From: Raillietiella orientalis
Taxonomy: Eukaryota
Direction of reading: 5' to 3'
NCBI GenBank assembly: GCA_036172245.1
Contig: JAYWIR010000006.1
Coordinates: 4,030,001 to 4,094,000 of the forward strand
Length of the DNA: 64,000 nt
How positions within the stretch are numbered: position 1 is the first letter of the stretch; each line of letters begins with the position of its first letter. The notes under the pieces were generated by a model. The model was given only the letters and a program-made list of their open reading frames with translations, was not told where the DNA came from and did not search any database. Both the position numbers and the translations under genes were made by a program. Below, one piece after another: positions 22,301-34,600 of this stretch.

Positions 22301-25300
22301 CCGCGCGTGGGCATTCGCGCGCGCAGGCAGGTAGGGCGCACGGGCGTGACGGTCGCCCGCCGTTCTCCTTCGGTCGCGCGCTGAGGGTTCCCGCGGAAGG
22401 GAGGCAGGCGTCGATCCCGGCTCCCGGGGCCGCCTCTGCCCGGGAAGGCGTCCCTTCGCGGACGCCGAAGCCCTCCCCCCCTTCCGATGAGAACGATGGT
22501 CGGCCGACTGCTTCCTCGCGCGGGAATCCTTCCGAGATGCGAACCAGACGGCAACCCCAGCCTGCGCCGAATTTTGCCCCCCCTTTTTTTTTCGTTTTTC
22601 CTTCTTCCGGCGCTTTTTTCTGGCCTGCGCTGTTTCAATCGCCATTTCCAAAATTCGGCCCTGTGCGACCGCTGCTGCTGCTGTCGTTTTCGTCCGTTTT
22701 GGTGGAACGCAGATCGCACGGTCAAGATAAAAGAGAAAAGAGGAAGAAAGGAGGAGGAGAAAGCCATGTGATGGGCTGCGGAAGCTGCTCGGAACGGATC
22801 GGATTTGTGCGTCTCCTATGCGGTTCCGTTCCGTCTGCGCCTCCAAACGAACCGCGGTGCGCGTGCGCGGGTGACACGCATTCGCGGAGGCGTGCGCCTT
22901 TTTAATTTTAGAATGCACGCGCGCGGGAGTGCAAAGGTTCGTCGCTACGCGGGGATGCGTGCCGTCAGCGGTGTTCCCGTCTTCCCCCCCTCTCCCCCCT
23001 CTCCCTGCGCGCGTCCCCCTTTGCTTTATCGTCGCGAGACGCAATGTCAAACGCTGACGGGCGAGAGCTTCGCAACGCCCCCCCCCCCTCCCTCCTTCCC
23101 TCTCTGGATCACGTGTGCGTGCGTGCGTGTTTCAAGTGTATTTTTGACCGGGCGCTTGGCGCGCTGTCCGCGCACCCAGGCGGCGACGTGGTCGGGTCCT
23201 TTGGTCTCACCCCCGCGCGCGTTTCTTAGCGCCTCGTGTCCTGCATTTTTCTCCCTTCTTCCTTCCCCGCTCTCCTTGCGGCAACGCTGCCCTTTTTGAG
23301 CCGACCGCGTTCGACCTCATCCGCAAATGGAAGGAGCGGAAAGGAATTTCGCGCGCGCGGGTGAGAGACGCGCATGTGGGGGGAGGAGGAGGAGGAGGAG
23401 CAGGTGAAGTGGGGGGGGGGGGGAGGGAAGGCAAGCGTTTCGACAGCGCGTCGTCCGACCTCCTCCTCTTCCGCCCAGACGGAGCAGCAGCAGCGCTGCG
23501 GGTTTGCTCTCAGGCCGAATGAATGACTGCTGCTGCTGCTGCTGCTGCCGCCCCCGCCCCCTCGCTGACGAAGCGGGGAGCATCGCGCAAAGCGCGCGAC
23601 GCAGCGGGGGAGGCCGAACGGACGGCCCGGCAGCCGTTCCCAAAGGCGGCGCAGCGTCCCTGGGAATAAAGCCGCAAGGGCAATCGGTCTCCACCGAGCC
23701 TCTCCCATCCATCCATCCTTCAGCGGCAGAGGGCGGAAGAAGCGCCGGGAAGAGGAGGCTCCTCCGCCCCCGAGCCCAGGGCGCGAGGCTCGCCCCTCCA
23801 AAAGGGGAAGTTTGGGACGGGGGAACGCGAGGAAAATGGACGCGCGGCGGCAGTCAGGTGCCTCTCCGCACGCGTTCCGGGAAGCACGTTGAACCGTTAC
23901 GGCGCATGCGCAGTTCGCGCGCCTTTCGTCTCGCCGGGTTCCTTCCTGCATTTTCTGAATGAGTTTTTTTTTTTTCTTTTCCTTTCTTTCCCCCCCCCCC
24001 CTCCCCCCATTCAGTAATGAAATCACGATCACACGCGTGGGCAGCTGCGTTTTCCCCTCCCACTTGTTTTTTTTTTTTTTTTTTTTTATCTCAAGATTTT
24101 GACGAATTTTTTTTTTTTTGGAAGTGGGGGGTTGCTCTGACCTGTGGAGACAAGCGCGCTTTGGACGACTGTGGACTTACGCATCGGTGGTTCCTCCTCC
24201 TCGCCGATGGGAATCCCGTGGTGCTTGTCCTTCCCATCCCCTTCCGCCTCTTGCGTTCGGACGCTGCATTTTCGGGACGACTTGGCGATGTCGGTTCCGC
24301 CGCCATCGAGCTCCGCCAGAAGGGGGAAAAAGAGGAGAGAGAGCCAGAAGAGCCGCCGGGAGGAAGCGAGCGCTGGTGGGGGCGCCCGCAAGTAGCGCAG
24401 GAGCCGGAGACTGCCGCCGCCCCCATCTTCGAAATCAGGGCTGCGTCCATGTCGCCGACGGAGAGGGGAAGGCGCGGACCGAGTAGCGGCAGCAGCAGCA
24501 GTTGTGCAACTCGGCTCGGACGAACGGCGGTCCTCGTTTTACGCATCTCCCGGAGAGAGAGGCGGCGGGAGGAGGAGGCAGCCTGTTTGCTCAGAGGAGC
24601 ATTCCTGAACGAGTCGAGTCCGCGCTTCCCCATACCGGTTATGCCGTGATTGCGCAGTGTGTTAGCGGTGGGCCAAAAAAAAAAAAAAAAAAAAAGGAAG
24701 AAAAAGGGGGGAGGGGGAGAGAGAGGGGGAGAGAGGAAAAAGAGAAAGAGAGGGGTGTGAATGAGGAGAAATCGGAATAGGAAAACGGAAGCTTTTTATT
24801 CCATTAGAACTTGCCGCGCCGTGTGCGCGCGCGCGCGCGCGCAAGCGTTTGGTTTGCTCCTCCCCCTCCTCCTCCTCCTATCCGCCCATCCCTCGCCCTT
24901 TCCAAGTGGCGGACCCATTGTTGCGTCAGTGTGTGTGTTCCTGTTCCATCCATCCGTCCCCTCCCCTCCCCCCCGCTTCCGTTCTCTGAGGATGCGTCGT
25001 CGGACGTGTGTGCACGCGGCAGCGGAGTCGGATAATGTACGCGGCTGTGTATGTACACTCACGTGAGAGTGCAAGTGTATGTGACGACGACTTTCTCCGC
25101 ACGCAGAAGTGATGAGCGCCAGCAGAGGTTTGCCCTTTTACGTGATTCTTCAAGTCGAGTGGCCGCGCACACTTCCCAGCCATTCGTAAAGGATCTTTTC
25201 GCATTTTATCTTTTTGTTTTGCCTTTATGCCTCTCCCTCTCTCTTTCCGCTCCCCTCCCCTCTCATCTTCTTTCTCCTCGCCTCCTCTCTTAATAATGAC

Positions 25301-28300
25301 GAAGAGAGCATGACGGATCTGTGATGTTCACCTTTTATGGGGGGGGGGGGGTCGAACAGTGTCTTACATGTTTGGCTGCTAAATGAAAGGGTGGACGGGC
25401 GCCCAGTTGTGTGAACGCGTAGGGCATGGGGGAGAAGGAGGGGGAGGAGGGTTGGGGTGGCGGGAAGGAGGGGAAGGAGAGCGGGGGGGGGGGAAGACCA
25501 TTGCCACTCGACCTTTTCTGTTTGTGTCTCGTTACTTGGTTGATGGGACATAATTTCCGGCAATTTGCGCGCCCGTGTGTTTTTCGATAATCAATGGAAT
25601 GTGCAAATGTCTTCCTTTCTCTTGGCTGTCTTCAAAGCCGGTGCGCACGCGCGCGTGCCCGCGTGCGCTTTTGCAGCCGTAGGCCAGGTGTCACGTGCGC
25701 GACGATTGTGGGACCACCGGGGGGATTGTTGCGTCGCGACGTGATTGTTTGTCCGAGAGTCAGGCCTTGCACCTGGCAACGCTTTAGTGCACAGCGGTTA
25801 TTTTTTTTTATCTTTTCGTATGCGTGCGTGTGCGTGTTACCGAAACCTGACCGTGATGTGTGTGCTCCTCACCCTTCCCGAGTGTGTTGCTTGCGTTCTC
25901 ACGACTGTCGCTGAAAGAAAAGAAAGAAAGAAAAAAAAAACGCTCGATTTTCGACTGCGCCCGTCCGTGCCGTTGCCATTTTTATTCTCCGCGCGCTCCG
26001 TGCTCGGCAGCCACGCGTCACGGCAAGCCGCCGCATGTGTTGCCGGTTGCCGTGCGGAGTGTTCCGTACCTTCGTGTTGATACGAAAAAAAACAGTTCCG
26101 AATCCGTTCCGTCCATCCGGAAAACAACGGTTGGTAATACTGTAATAAAGTGCCCGTGTGTTCCCATATTGTGCCGTGGATTTTTTCTTTTTTCTTTTTT
26201 CTTTTGGAATCTCGGATGCGGCTTTTCGTCCGCTCTTTTATGCTGGTAGCGAAAATGGATCGCCTGGTTCCGTCCGGGCGTGCTTCACGATCCCACAGGC
26301 GCAAGTGTAAGTTGTAAGAGCCCGTTTTCACTTTGGTGACGAGGCGGGGAAAGAAACGTCCCCGTATCTATTGCACATTTTCGCCTGGGGTCTTGTCGTC
26401 GTCGCAGTCCGGCGCCGTTTGACCTTCCATTCCCGAAGGAAAAGCGGAGGTGGGTGGGTGGGTGGGTGGGGGGGCAGCGAGCAGTTCGAATTTCCTATGG
26501 AGATTCATTCATTCATTCATCTATTTACTTATTTTTATTTTTGTGCTCTCTCTCCCTCTCCCCGTCTTGAGCACACGCAGCGCCTTCTCGCGCGCGCACC
26601 GTTCGCCTCCTTCCGAGGATTCTATTTTCAGCCGCGGCTTGGCACGCACGTCCATTTGTTCCTTCCTCCTTCGGTTTCGCCCGCGTTCGCTTCGCTCAGA
26701 CGCGAGTGATGCGCGCTGGCGAACGGTGGCTCCGCCGCGATACGGATTTCTCGCGTGCATGTGCGTGCATGTGTGCAGCTATGTGTTCGATTTTGAAGTT
26801 TGTTTGCAGATCTGCTGCTGTTTGTTTGTTTTTCGTCGTTGTTTCTCCTTTTATTTTTCTTTTGTTGTTTTTGTTCGTTGTCTCTTTTGCTCCGTCATCA
26901 CGAATTTGTGTGTGCCGTGTGAAGAACACGAAGCAGGCTGGTCATGCCCCCCCCCTCCCCCTCCCCTTCTCCTATTCACCCGACGCAGTGTGTGGGAAAA
27001 TCTTCCTGTTTGGGGAAATGTGAAGCTGTGAAATAATTTCTTGTTTCCCCTCAGGGATATTGTTCTTGTGTTCGGATTACTTGTGCTGTGTTGGCCGTGG
27101 CGTGCCGAGTGCAGCCCATGATTTTCCCTTAGTGACGCGTGTGAGCTCTTCTTCGTGTGGCATAGTTGATAGAGCGTCCCGGTGTGGTCGCGATGTTCCT
27201 TCCCCCCAGTGTACTGTCGCCGGAATTTGGTCGTCTCTCAGGGAAGGAAACGAGGAAGGAAGCGGAAGGGCATCGGGGTGTTTGTGGTGGTGATCCTCTG
27301 TGAACTACACGCGACGAGACGACGGAACTCACAGCGCTCGGAGCGCATCGGGATGATCTCACGGCCGCTCAGTCGGAGCTAACCGAGATAGAGCAGCTGA
27401 TCTCTGACCATGCTGAGGTCTTGTATCAGAGTTGGAGGGCAACCGGCGTCCACCCCGCCGACATGAAAATTCCCGTCCCTGATCCCGCCGCAAGGGCAGG
27501 TGCCGGGACCGCCTCCCGCTCCCCAAAGCCCGAGTTCAATCCTGTCGACCTCATCGGAGACCCCGACCTTGAGGACAAACTGAAAGAACTTGTGCACAGC
27601 TTCATCACGGAAGACAAGGCGAAGCAGGCCATTTACCGGAAGCAGAAAGGAGCGCAGCAGCATCCCTCCCCAACTGTATCCCGTGACAGCGACGACGACG
27701 GCAGTAGCGGCGGTGGTCGAGGGGACCACCGTCATCAGCACCACCACCCTTTCTCCAGGCGGAACGGCCCCCAGCCGGAACGGGAAGGTGGCGCGACCAC
27801 GCGGGTGACGGTGGCGAAGAAGCACCCGATGCGGTCTTCATCCGGCTTGTCTCGCGAGGAACCGATCGCCGTTGCCTCTCCTAATGGCGAGAATAGCCGC
27901 CTCCGCTCGCCTTTCCCCATGCCGGACGTTCCCCTCTCCAGCGGTGCGCGCGCTGCTTTGACTGCGAGAGACGGAAGCTACGCCAGGGAAGACGAAGACG
28001 ACGAAGAGGTGGAGGAAGAGCCGGGAGAGGAAGAGGAGGACGAGGAAGGGGAAGAGAAGGCGAACCTTCATGGTAACGATGAAGGCGAAGTGGAAAGAGA
28101 GCAGGCTTCCGGCCTGATCACATGGCCCGGAGGCAGTGGAAGGGGAGTGGCAGGGACGACGGCGACGAGGTGGAGGTCCGTCGAGCGATTCTGCTCGTCA
28201 TCGTCATCGTCGTCGTCGTCGTCTTCGTCGTCCTGCTCTACCTCCTCGTCCTCCTCCTCTCAGTTCGCCACGTGGAGAAACGGCTGCTCCTACCGAAAGG

Positions 28301-31300
28301 AAACAGGCAGGTTCCGTACCTCCGCCACTGCCGCATCCCCCCTGCCTTTGGATGCGAGGGAGCTGTCCAGCCAGCTGGAACTCACGGAGGCAAGCTTCCT
28401 CGAGGCCCTGAGGTTGAATCCGGGCGACAGCGAGCCTCGCTCCCGGGGTTTCGACGACGGTCGCCATGACGACATCGACGGCAGCAACGACGACGATGGC
28501 GATGGCGATGGCGAAGAGGGAGCCGATGACGGCATAAGGACAGCAGCTGCGAAGGCAGCACTTCGCCGCTGTCACGGCGAAGCGAGGTGCCGCCCTCGGA
28601 GTGACTTCTTCGAAGACGGGCTACTTCTGAGAGCCGCTTCAACCCACGAAGAGTCCAGCCGGAAGATGAGGATGTCCGTAGCAACTGCCCGTGGCGGCGG
28701 GGACTCCGACTTCTCGCGGAGCGCGCGCGCGCCGGCAGAGCGCTTCGGCATCTGCGTGACCAGCGCCGTGGACTATGCGAAGGGCCGGTACCGCGCCGCC
28801 CAAGAGCGCTCATCCGCGAGCGTTCGGATGGCAAGAGGCGGGGACGGTGGTGCGTTCTCGCCGCCATCCGGCGACCCGCGAGCGGCTTGCGTTGTCCTCG
28901 GCAGGAACGAGTTATTGTGCGTCGTGCCCAGCGTCCACGAGACGAGATCGAAGTTTGAAAGCGGAGGGAATTGCTTGGCAGCCACTGGCCCTGCTCTTGG
29001 GCGCCAGGACGCCTCGGGCAGAGCGCGCCGCCCCATCGAAACGGCCCGGCCCTCCCCGTCGTGCGACTCGATCTCCGCAGCCACCGACCCTTCCTTGAAA
29101 GTCGGCAGCAAGAGGTTTCGGAGGGTGCTGTCTTTCGAGCCGGCGACCGCCGGCGGGCTCCCGCACGGCGGGCTCCTTGCTGCCCCCGCAGCTAGGGAGC
29201 AGCAGCCATCCGCGGCGGCGACGGCGGCGGTCGGAGTGCCAGTTCGCCCATTCCTGACTCTCGGCTCTGTCGCCGAGAGGGTATCCATCTTCGAGAGGTG
29301 CCCGTCATCGTTATCCTCGTCGCCCTTCGAGCGCCGAGACGACGCGTCCTCGCCCCCGCTCCTCGGTCCCGCGGCCGAACAGCACCAGCCGGAGGGTGCC
29401 GGCGGTGCGGTATGGAGGGCGAGCGACGCCGCCCGCGCCCATCACCACCAGGAAGAGGTGAGTGAGAGCTTGGAGAGAGGGAAAAGGGAAGGGAGCGGGG
29501 AGGATGGCATCCTTCTCGGACGCACTCGGGACTCGATATTGTTCTCGGACGGAGAAGAAATCCTTCCTCCCGGTAACGTTTCCTCTTTGTCCTCCTCCCA
29601 CCACCACGAACAAGCAGCCGCAGGAGCAGCAACGACTGTGCAATTCCAATTCTGCACGCTGCGCCCTCTGGGAAGGATTCCTGCTGTCGCTATCGTTTCG
29701 AGCGTGGGCGGGCTCGAGCTGCGGAAGCGTTCGTACTCGTCGACTAGTTGGTTTCTATTTGGTCTCACGGAACGTCCGGGTTCGTGGTACCCGAGCTGCC
29801 TGCTTCCCCCTTTTTTGCAGTGGCGCTTCCCACGCCTCTTCTCGCTTCCCCCGTCGTTGTGCATTGGTGGCAGATACAATATGATAGCACCAGCGGTCCC
29901 TTCCTTCCGAAAGTCACGATTAGAAGTGGCCGTGTAGGGTGCAGTGCACATGTGTGCGTGAGCGCATGCGCGTACTGGTAGGACAGGCTCTCACGGGTTC
30001 GAAGACCGGCGCTTTCCTCGCCGGCAACGCAGCGGTCACGGAGAAACCGGTGGGACATGATTCCTCCTCCTCCTCTGCTAATACGAAGGATACGTTCGCT
30101 CCCCCGAGACCATCTCCTGCATGATTCGTCTTGGCTGCAACCTCCATCTTCTCGCCCAGGACGCCCCTAAAGCTGCACTGTTTCGTTTCGTTTTCAATTT
30201 TCTTCGAATGACCGTCGAAATCCCAAAACGATAGGAGCCGCTTCATCTTTCGTAATGTGCACGCACCCACACAAATGCACGTGCACTCGCGCTAGACGGC
30301 GGATGGCTTCGAAATGGTTTGTTTCCTTGGCAATGAACGCGCCGCACGATTTTAGAAGCAGCGGGACGTCGCAAGATGCGCGTGCACCTGTTGGAACTGG
30401 GGTATTTTGCCCAGTTCATGTTGCTCTTAAGCGCACACCGCGGCAATCACCAACGAAGTTCGTGAAATCATGAAACCTACCAAGTGTGATGACGTCTTTT
30501 TAATGGTTCCGCGCGGGATTTCCAGTTGTTCAAAAACTCACTCTCCTTAAGGTCCAGCACTCCCCATTTGGTGTTTTATGGGTTACGTTACGAATGTGTC
30601 GTTGAAAAGTATTTCGTACCGCCACTTGGCTGTATAGTGCATGCGAAGAACACTATATGGTCATGGGCAGGCAGGGCAAGGCTTCTCTTATTGCCGGTGC
30701 ATACAATGTATTACATTGTATTGGGTTTCCACCTCGGCTGCACGTGAAAGCACGCGCCCGTTCACCCACAAATACCAAGTAAAACCCATAGTAAAGTCAC
30801 TGCTGCATGCGCTCGTTGCCTTCCCTTTCGTGTGTATCCCGTAACCATGGTAATCAATTTTGGACGCCGTGCTTTTCCTTACCATGGTGAACTGCAAACA
30901 ACCACGGGACAACATGCAATTGAATGGTTGTCTTCCAAGTGTGCCACAACGACACGCAATTCATTGCATTTGTGGTCGACCCTGCGAAATCGTTGCGCGT
31001 GCGTGTCGTGCGTGATCACACCCCTTCCCTCCCCCCCCCCATCCAGAACTCATCTGTTCCGAAAATAAGCACTCACACTTAAACACAATGAAGTTTTTAT
31101 TTATTCATTGTGGAATGTTCACAGGGAGCAACCCACGTTATTTCCTCTGTAATGGGGTCGGCGTTCGGAGAGTACACACACTTTGGGATTGTCCCGAGTC
31201 GTGTTTTTCTCTCCTCTTCCTTGCCAACCGTTTGCACGGATGTCTGTACGGCAGAGATATGTATCCGAAGTTATTGTCACGTACCCTAATCGAAATCGTT

Positions 31301-31606
31301 ACACCCTTTCGGTTATGAATGTCCTATCGACACCTTGATTGTAAAATTTGCAGCGGAATTTACAGCAAAGGCGTGATTTTGTATTTTTTTTTTTTTTTTA
31401 CGCATCTTTTTCACTTCGGTTTCTTTCCCGCCATGCCTCCATCTCCTATTCTGATGGAAATACCGTGGCATAGGGAGATGCTTCACTGCCTCGGATTACA
31501 GGAAAATTTTCATGAAATTTATTGGGGCAGCCATCACCGCACACTCCCATGATTAGAATTTATGGTGTACCACCATGTATCTCACATTTTGTTCCAATGA
31601 TTTTCC

Positions 31607-31638
<32 letters not shown>

Positions 31639-34600
31639 GCGGAAAGGCACTTCGCAATTTTCAGTTTCAGCAGCGCTTCCGGTGTATCACGAGAAGGCAC
31701 TCGTAAAGCATGGCAATTTTTTTCTTCCTTTTCTTTTTTTTGTTCGTGTGTTTGGCTTCGTTTTCTTCTTCTCTCTCTCTGCCTTTTATTATTATTCTTT
31801 CCCCGCTTTGATTCTGGATGAGCACAGAGCTTGCATTCCGTTTGCGCCGGTAATTGGCAATCTGATTTATGAAAGCGATGCACACATGCTCTTCACGAGT
31901 TTGTTGCTCCCGTACTTTTGTGGCAAAGATTGGATGATGCAATCCTGGGGTTGCGTGCCCACTTTCCTTTTTCAGAGCATTCGGTATTTTTGGAATATTT
32001 ACCCATCTCTTCCATCCAACGCAACAATGTTGGCACCTCCCACTCAAATTCCCGAGTACGCGCGCGCGCAGCATCCGGTCCGATTGGAAAATAGGGCTCG
32101 TTCGCTTGCCACTGTTCGCAAACGTGGCTCGTGGTCAGCATTCCGTCTCCACTGGCAGCGTGGAGCAGGCATCATACCCTCTTCCGCGTCGGCGCGCATG
32201 GCACCGATGTCCCGGAGGCCAGAAGAGCGTTCCCCGGAGGCGGAAGGCGTCATACCGGAACGGATTCCCTTTCGTGCCTAACCTGTTTTTTTTTTTCGCA
32301 ACTCGTGACGAGCAAAGAGACCCTTGGGGATCTTGCGCCCTGAGATCAACCTGGCAGATCCAACTTTACCCGGTCCTCGTGTCTTTGCTCCGGCATGGCA
32401 GTGTGGCCGGGAGGATGACCTTTTGCAGCCTTCGCTGCGTGCTTCTCTCGCGTCCTACTACTCAGCCGTCGCATCTTCCTACCGGTAATTTTCGGCTTGC
32501 CTTACGATGCGCTCCGTCCTCGTGCCTCGTCAGCGGTCCTGTGGGTCATTCACAAGGGTCGTTTCTTTCGACCTTATCCGGACGTCACTTCCCTTCACCC
32601 ATCCAAATGGTGTACTCACATTCCAGCGGTTGGCAAAGGTGCTGTTCGACGCGTTTCGCCCGCATCGCGTTTATCCCGGCGCACCATGCGTGTAGTATAA
32701 GGTCGGTTCTTGGTCGACCACCACTTTGCAGGAATTTCTTTTTCCCCAGTTGCTCGTCAGCCGCTCGCATTCCTTCCGACTTCGCGTTGGAGGTGGTTCT
32801 CTGTTACACTTCACGCCCCCCGGAGGCAACGTCTCTGGACTAGGGGGGCCTCGATCCCGGAAGCAGAGTGTGATGAATGGAAGTGGAGACAGCCGCTCTA
32901 AGGAGCTCCTCGCACTTTCATCTTCGAATCGCCTTGGTCCCGGCGGACGCCTTGGGACGTTCTCACCTCCCTCTTGATGGTCGCTGTCGCGCGGGGCAGG
33001 GGAAGGCAAGCGGCACAGCCTCCCCACGCTCGAAGAACGAGGGTATTCACGCCTACTCCCTCGCATCCGACTGGGCCCGACAGAGATGGTTCTTTCGTGA
33101 GGACCTGGGGAACCTCAGCGTGTGCGCATGCGTTCTCTTTTTGCACACACACACACCCATCTGCCCGACGGGAAAATAAAAAAATAAAAAAAAAAACACG
33201 CAACACCCACGTGTGTCGAAGGAGGAGTCTTCCGTTTTCTGTTTCCCCGTGTCTCGTTTTGTTTTGCTTTCCCGCTTCGCTAGGGGGCGCGTTCTCATGA
33301 AGTGCGGGCGTGCCGCTCGCGATGCCCAGAGGCATTTCTCAAGAGTCTGCCCGACCGGGGTAGCCGTATTGCTCGAGGTGTTCGGCGGCGACATAAAGGC
33401 GCGCGTCCATGCAGAGTGACGGTCGGCCACGCTGCACGGCTTGCGCGCGCGCGCGTTGCCATCTGCCACAGGAGTGCTGCTCAGTGCGCAGTGCCTTCTC
33501 ATTCGAGCTGAAAAGCTGCTGCCACCACAGCACGTCCGAAGGCGAAGGTGACGACGGCAGAGATCGTGTTCCCTTCCCTTCTCCCCCACCCCCGGCGGAC
33601 GCGGAGCTTCGGAAAGCAGAAAGGAAGAGGACTGGGAGATGCAGGGCCACATCTCTGACGACCACCGCTCGCAAGCCTCAGTACGGCCCACCCGGTGGTA
33701 GTTTGCCCCCATCTCCCTGCAGAGAGACGAACCGTGACACCCTTTTCCGTGGCAGCCCGGAGTCGCTTCCGAAAGGCGCAGCCGCGTCTGCTGCTGCCTT
33801 CTGACAACCCACGCGTCTTCCTCTGAGGGCTGCGTACGGGGGCACGCTACGGGAAGCGCCGGGCCGGTTATCATGTCCTCCACTCTCCCGGAATGGGGGC
33901 TCAGATCGGCGCCGGGGAGGAGCACGGGTCGCGCCCCGGCGTGAGGTGCCGGAACCTGAGTTAACTTCATGCCCTGTCGCCTCCGTGCGGTACAGCTCAT
34001 CCTGCTGGACAGTAAGCCTCTTGGACGCCGCCGGTAGAAGTCAGCAGCATTCCCTCCGAGCGGTTTCCGTCTTCGAGAAGGAAGAGAGCGTGTATCGACT
34101 GGGCCCTTTTTCCGGACGAAGCGCCCACTGGGTCTTGGGCGCCTGCCGAGTCCGAGAGTCACCCTTCGTCTTCCTACGGGGTGCCCCTTCGATCCTTTGC
34201 GCCGCGGCCATCGCAAGCTCTCCGCTGCCGCCATTCCTGCCCCAGGCATCTCGAAAGCGACTTCCGAAGGCGGTGATTCTGGTGTGGGCGAGTGCGCAGG
34301 CGGCGCAAACGGGGAGGGAGCGGCTTCTCCGCGTCTCCCCGTACAGCGCCGTCGGCGTAGTGGCCCACTAGACATCGCTCCCCCTCCCTCCCCTATTCTA
34401 GTGGTGCTGCGGTTCCCCTCGATGGGGGGTAGACTCTCCTTCCCACCTTTAAGCCGGAGCTTGCAGGGGGAGGGAAGGGGTTTGTGGATCGCATGAGGAA
34501 GGCAGAAGGAGCCGGAACGAAGGAGAGAGGGATCCGTCGCGAAGTGAGCAGGTGGGTGGCACCCTGCCGATGAGGAGTTCATGGGGTCCGCGTGGGTGGC

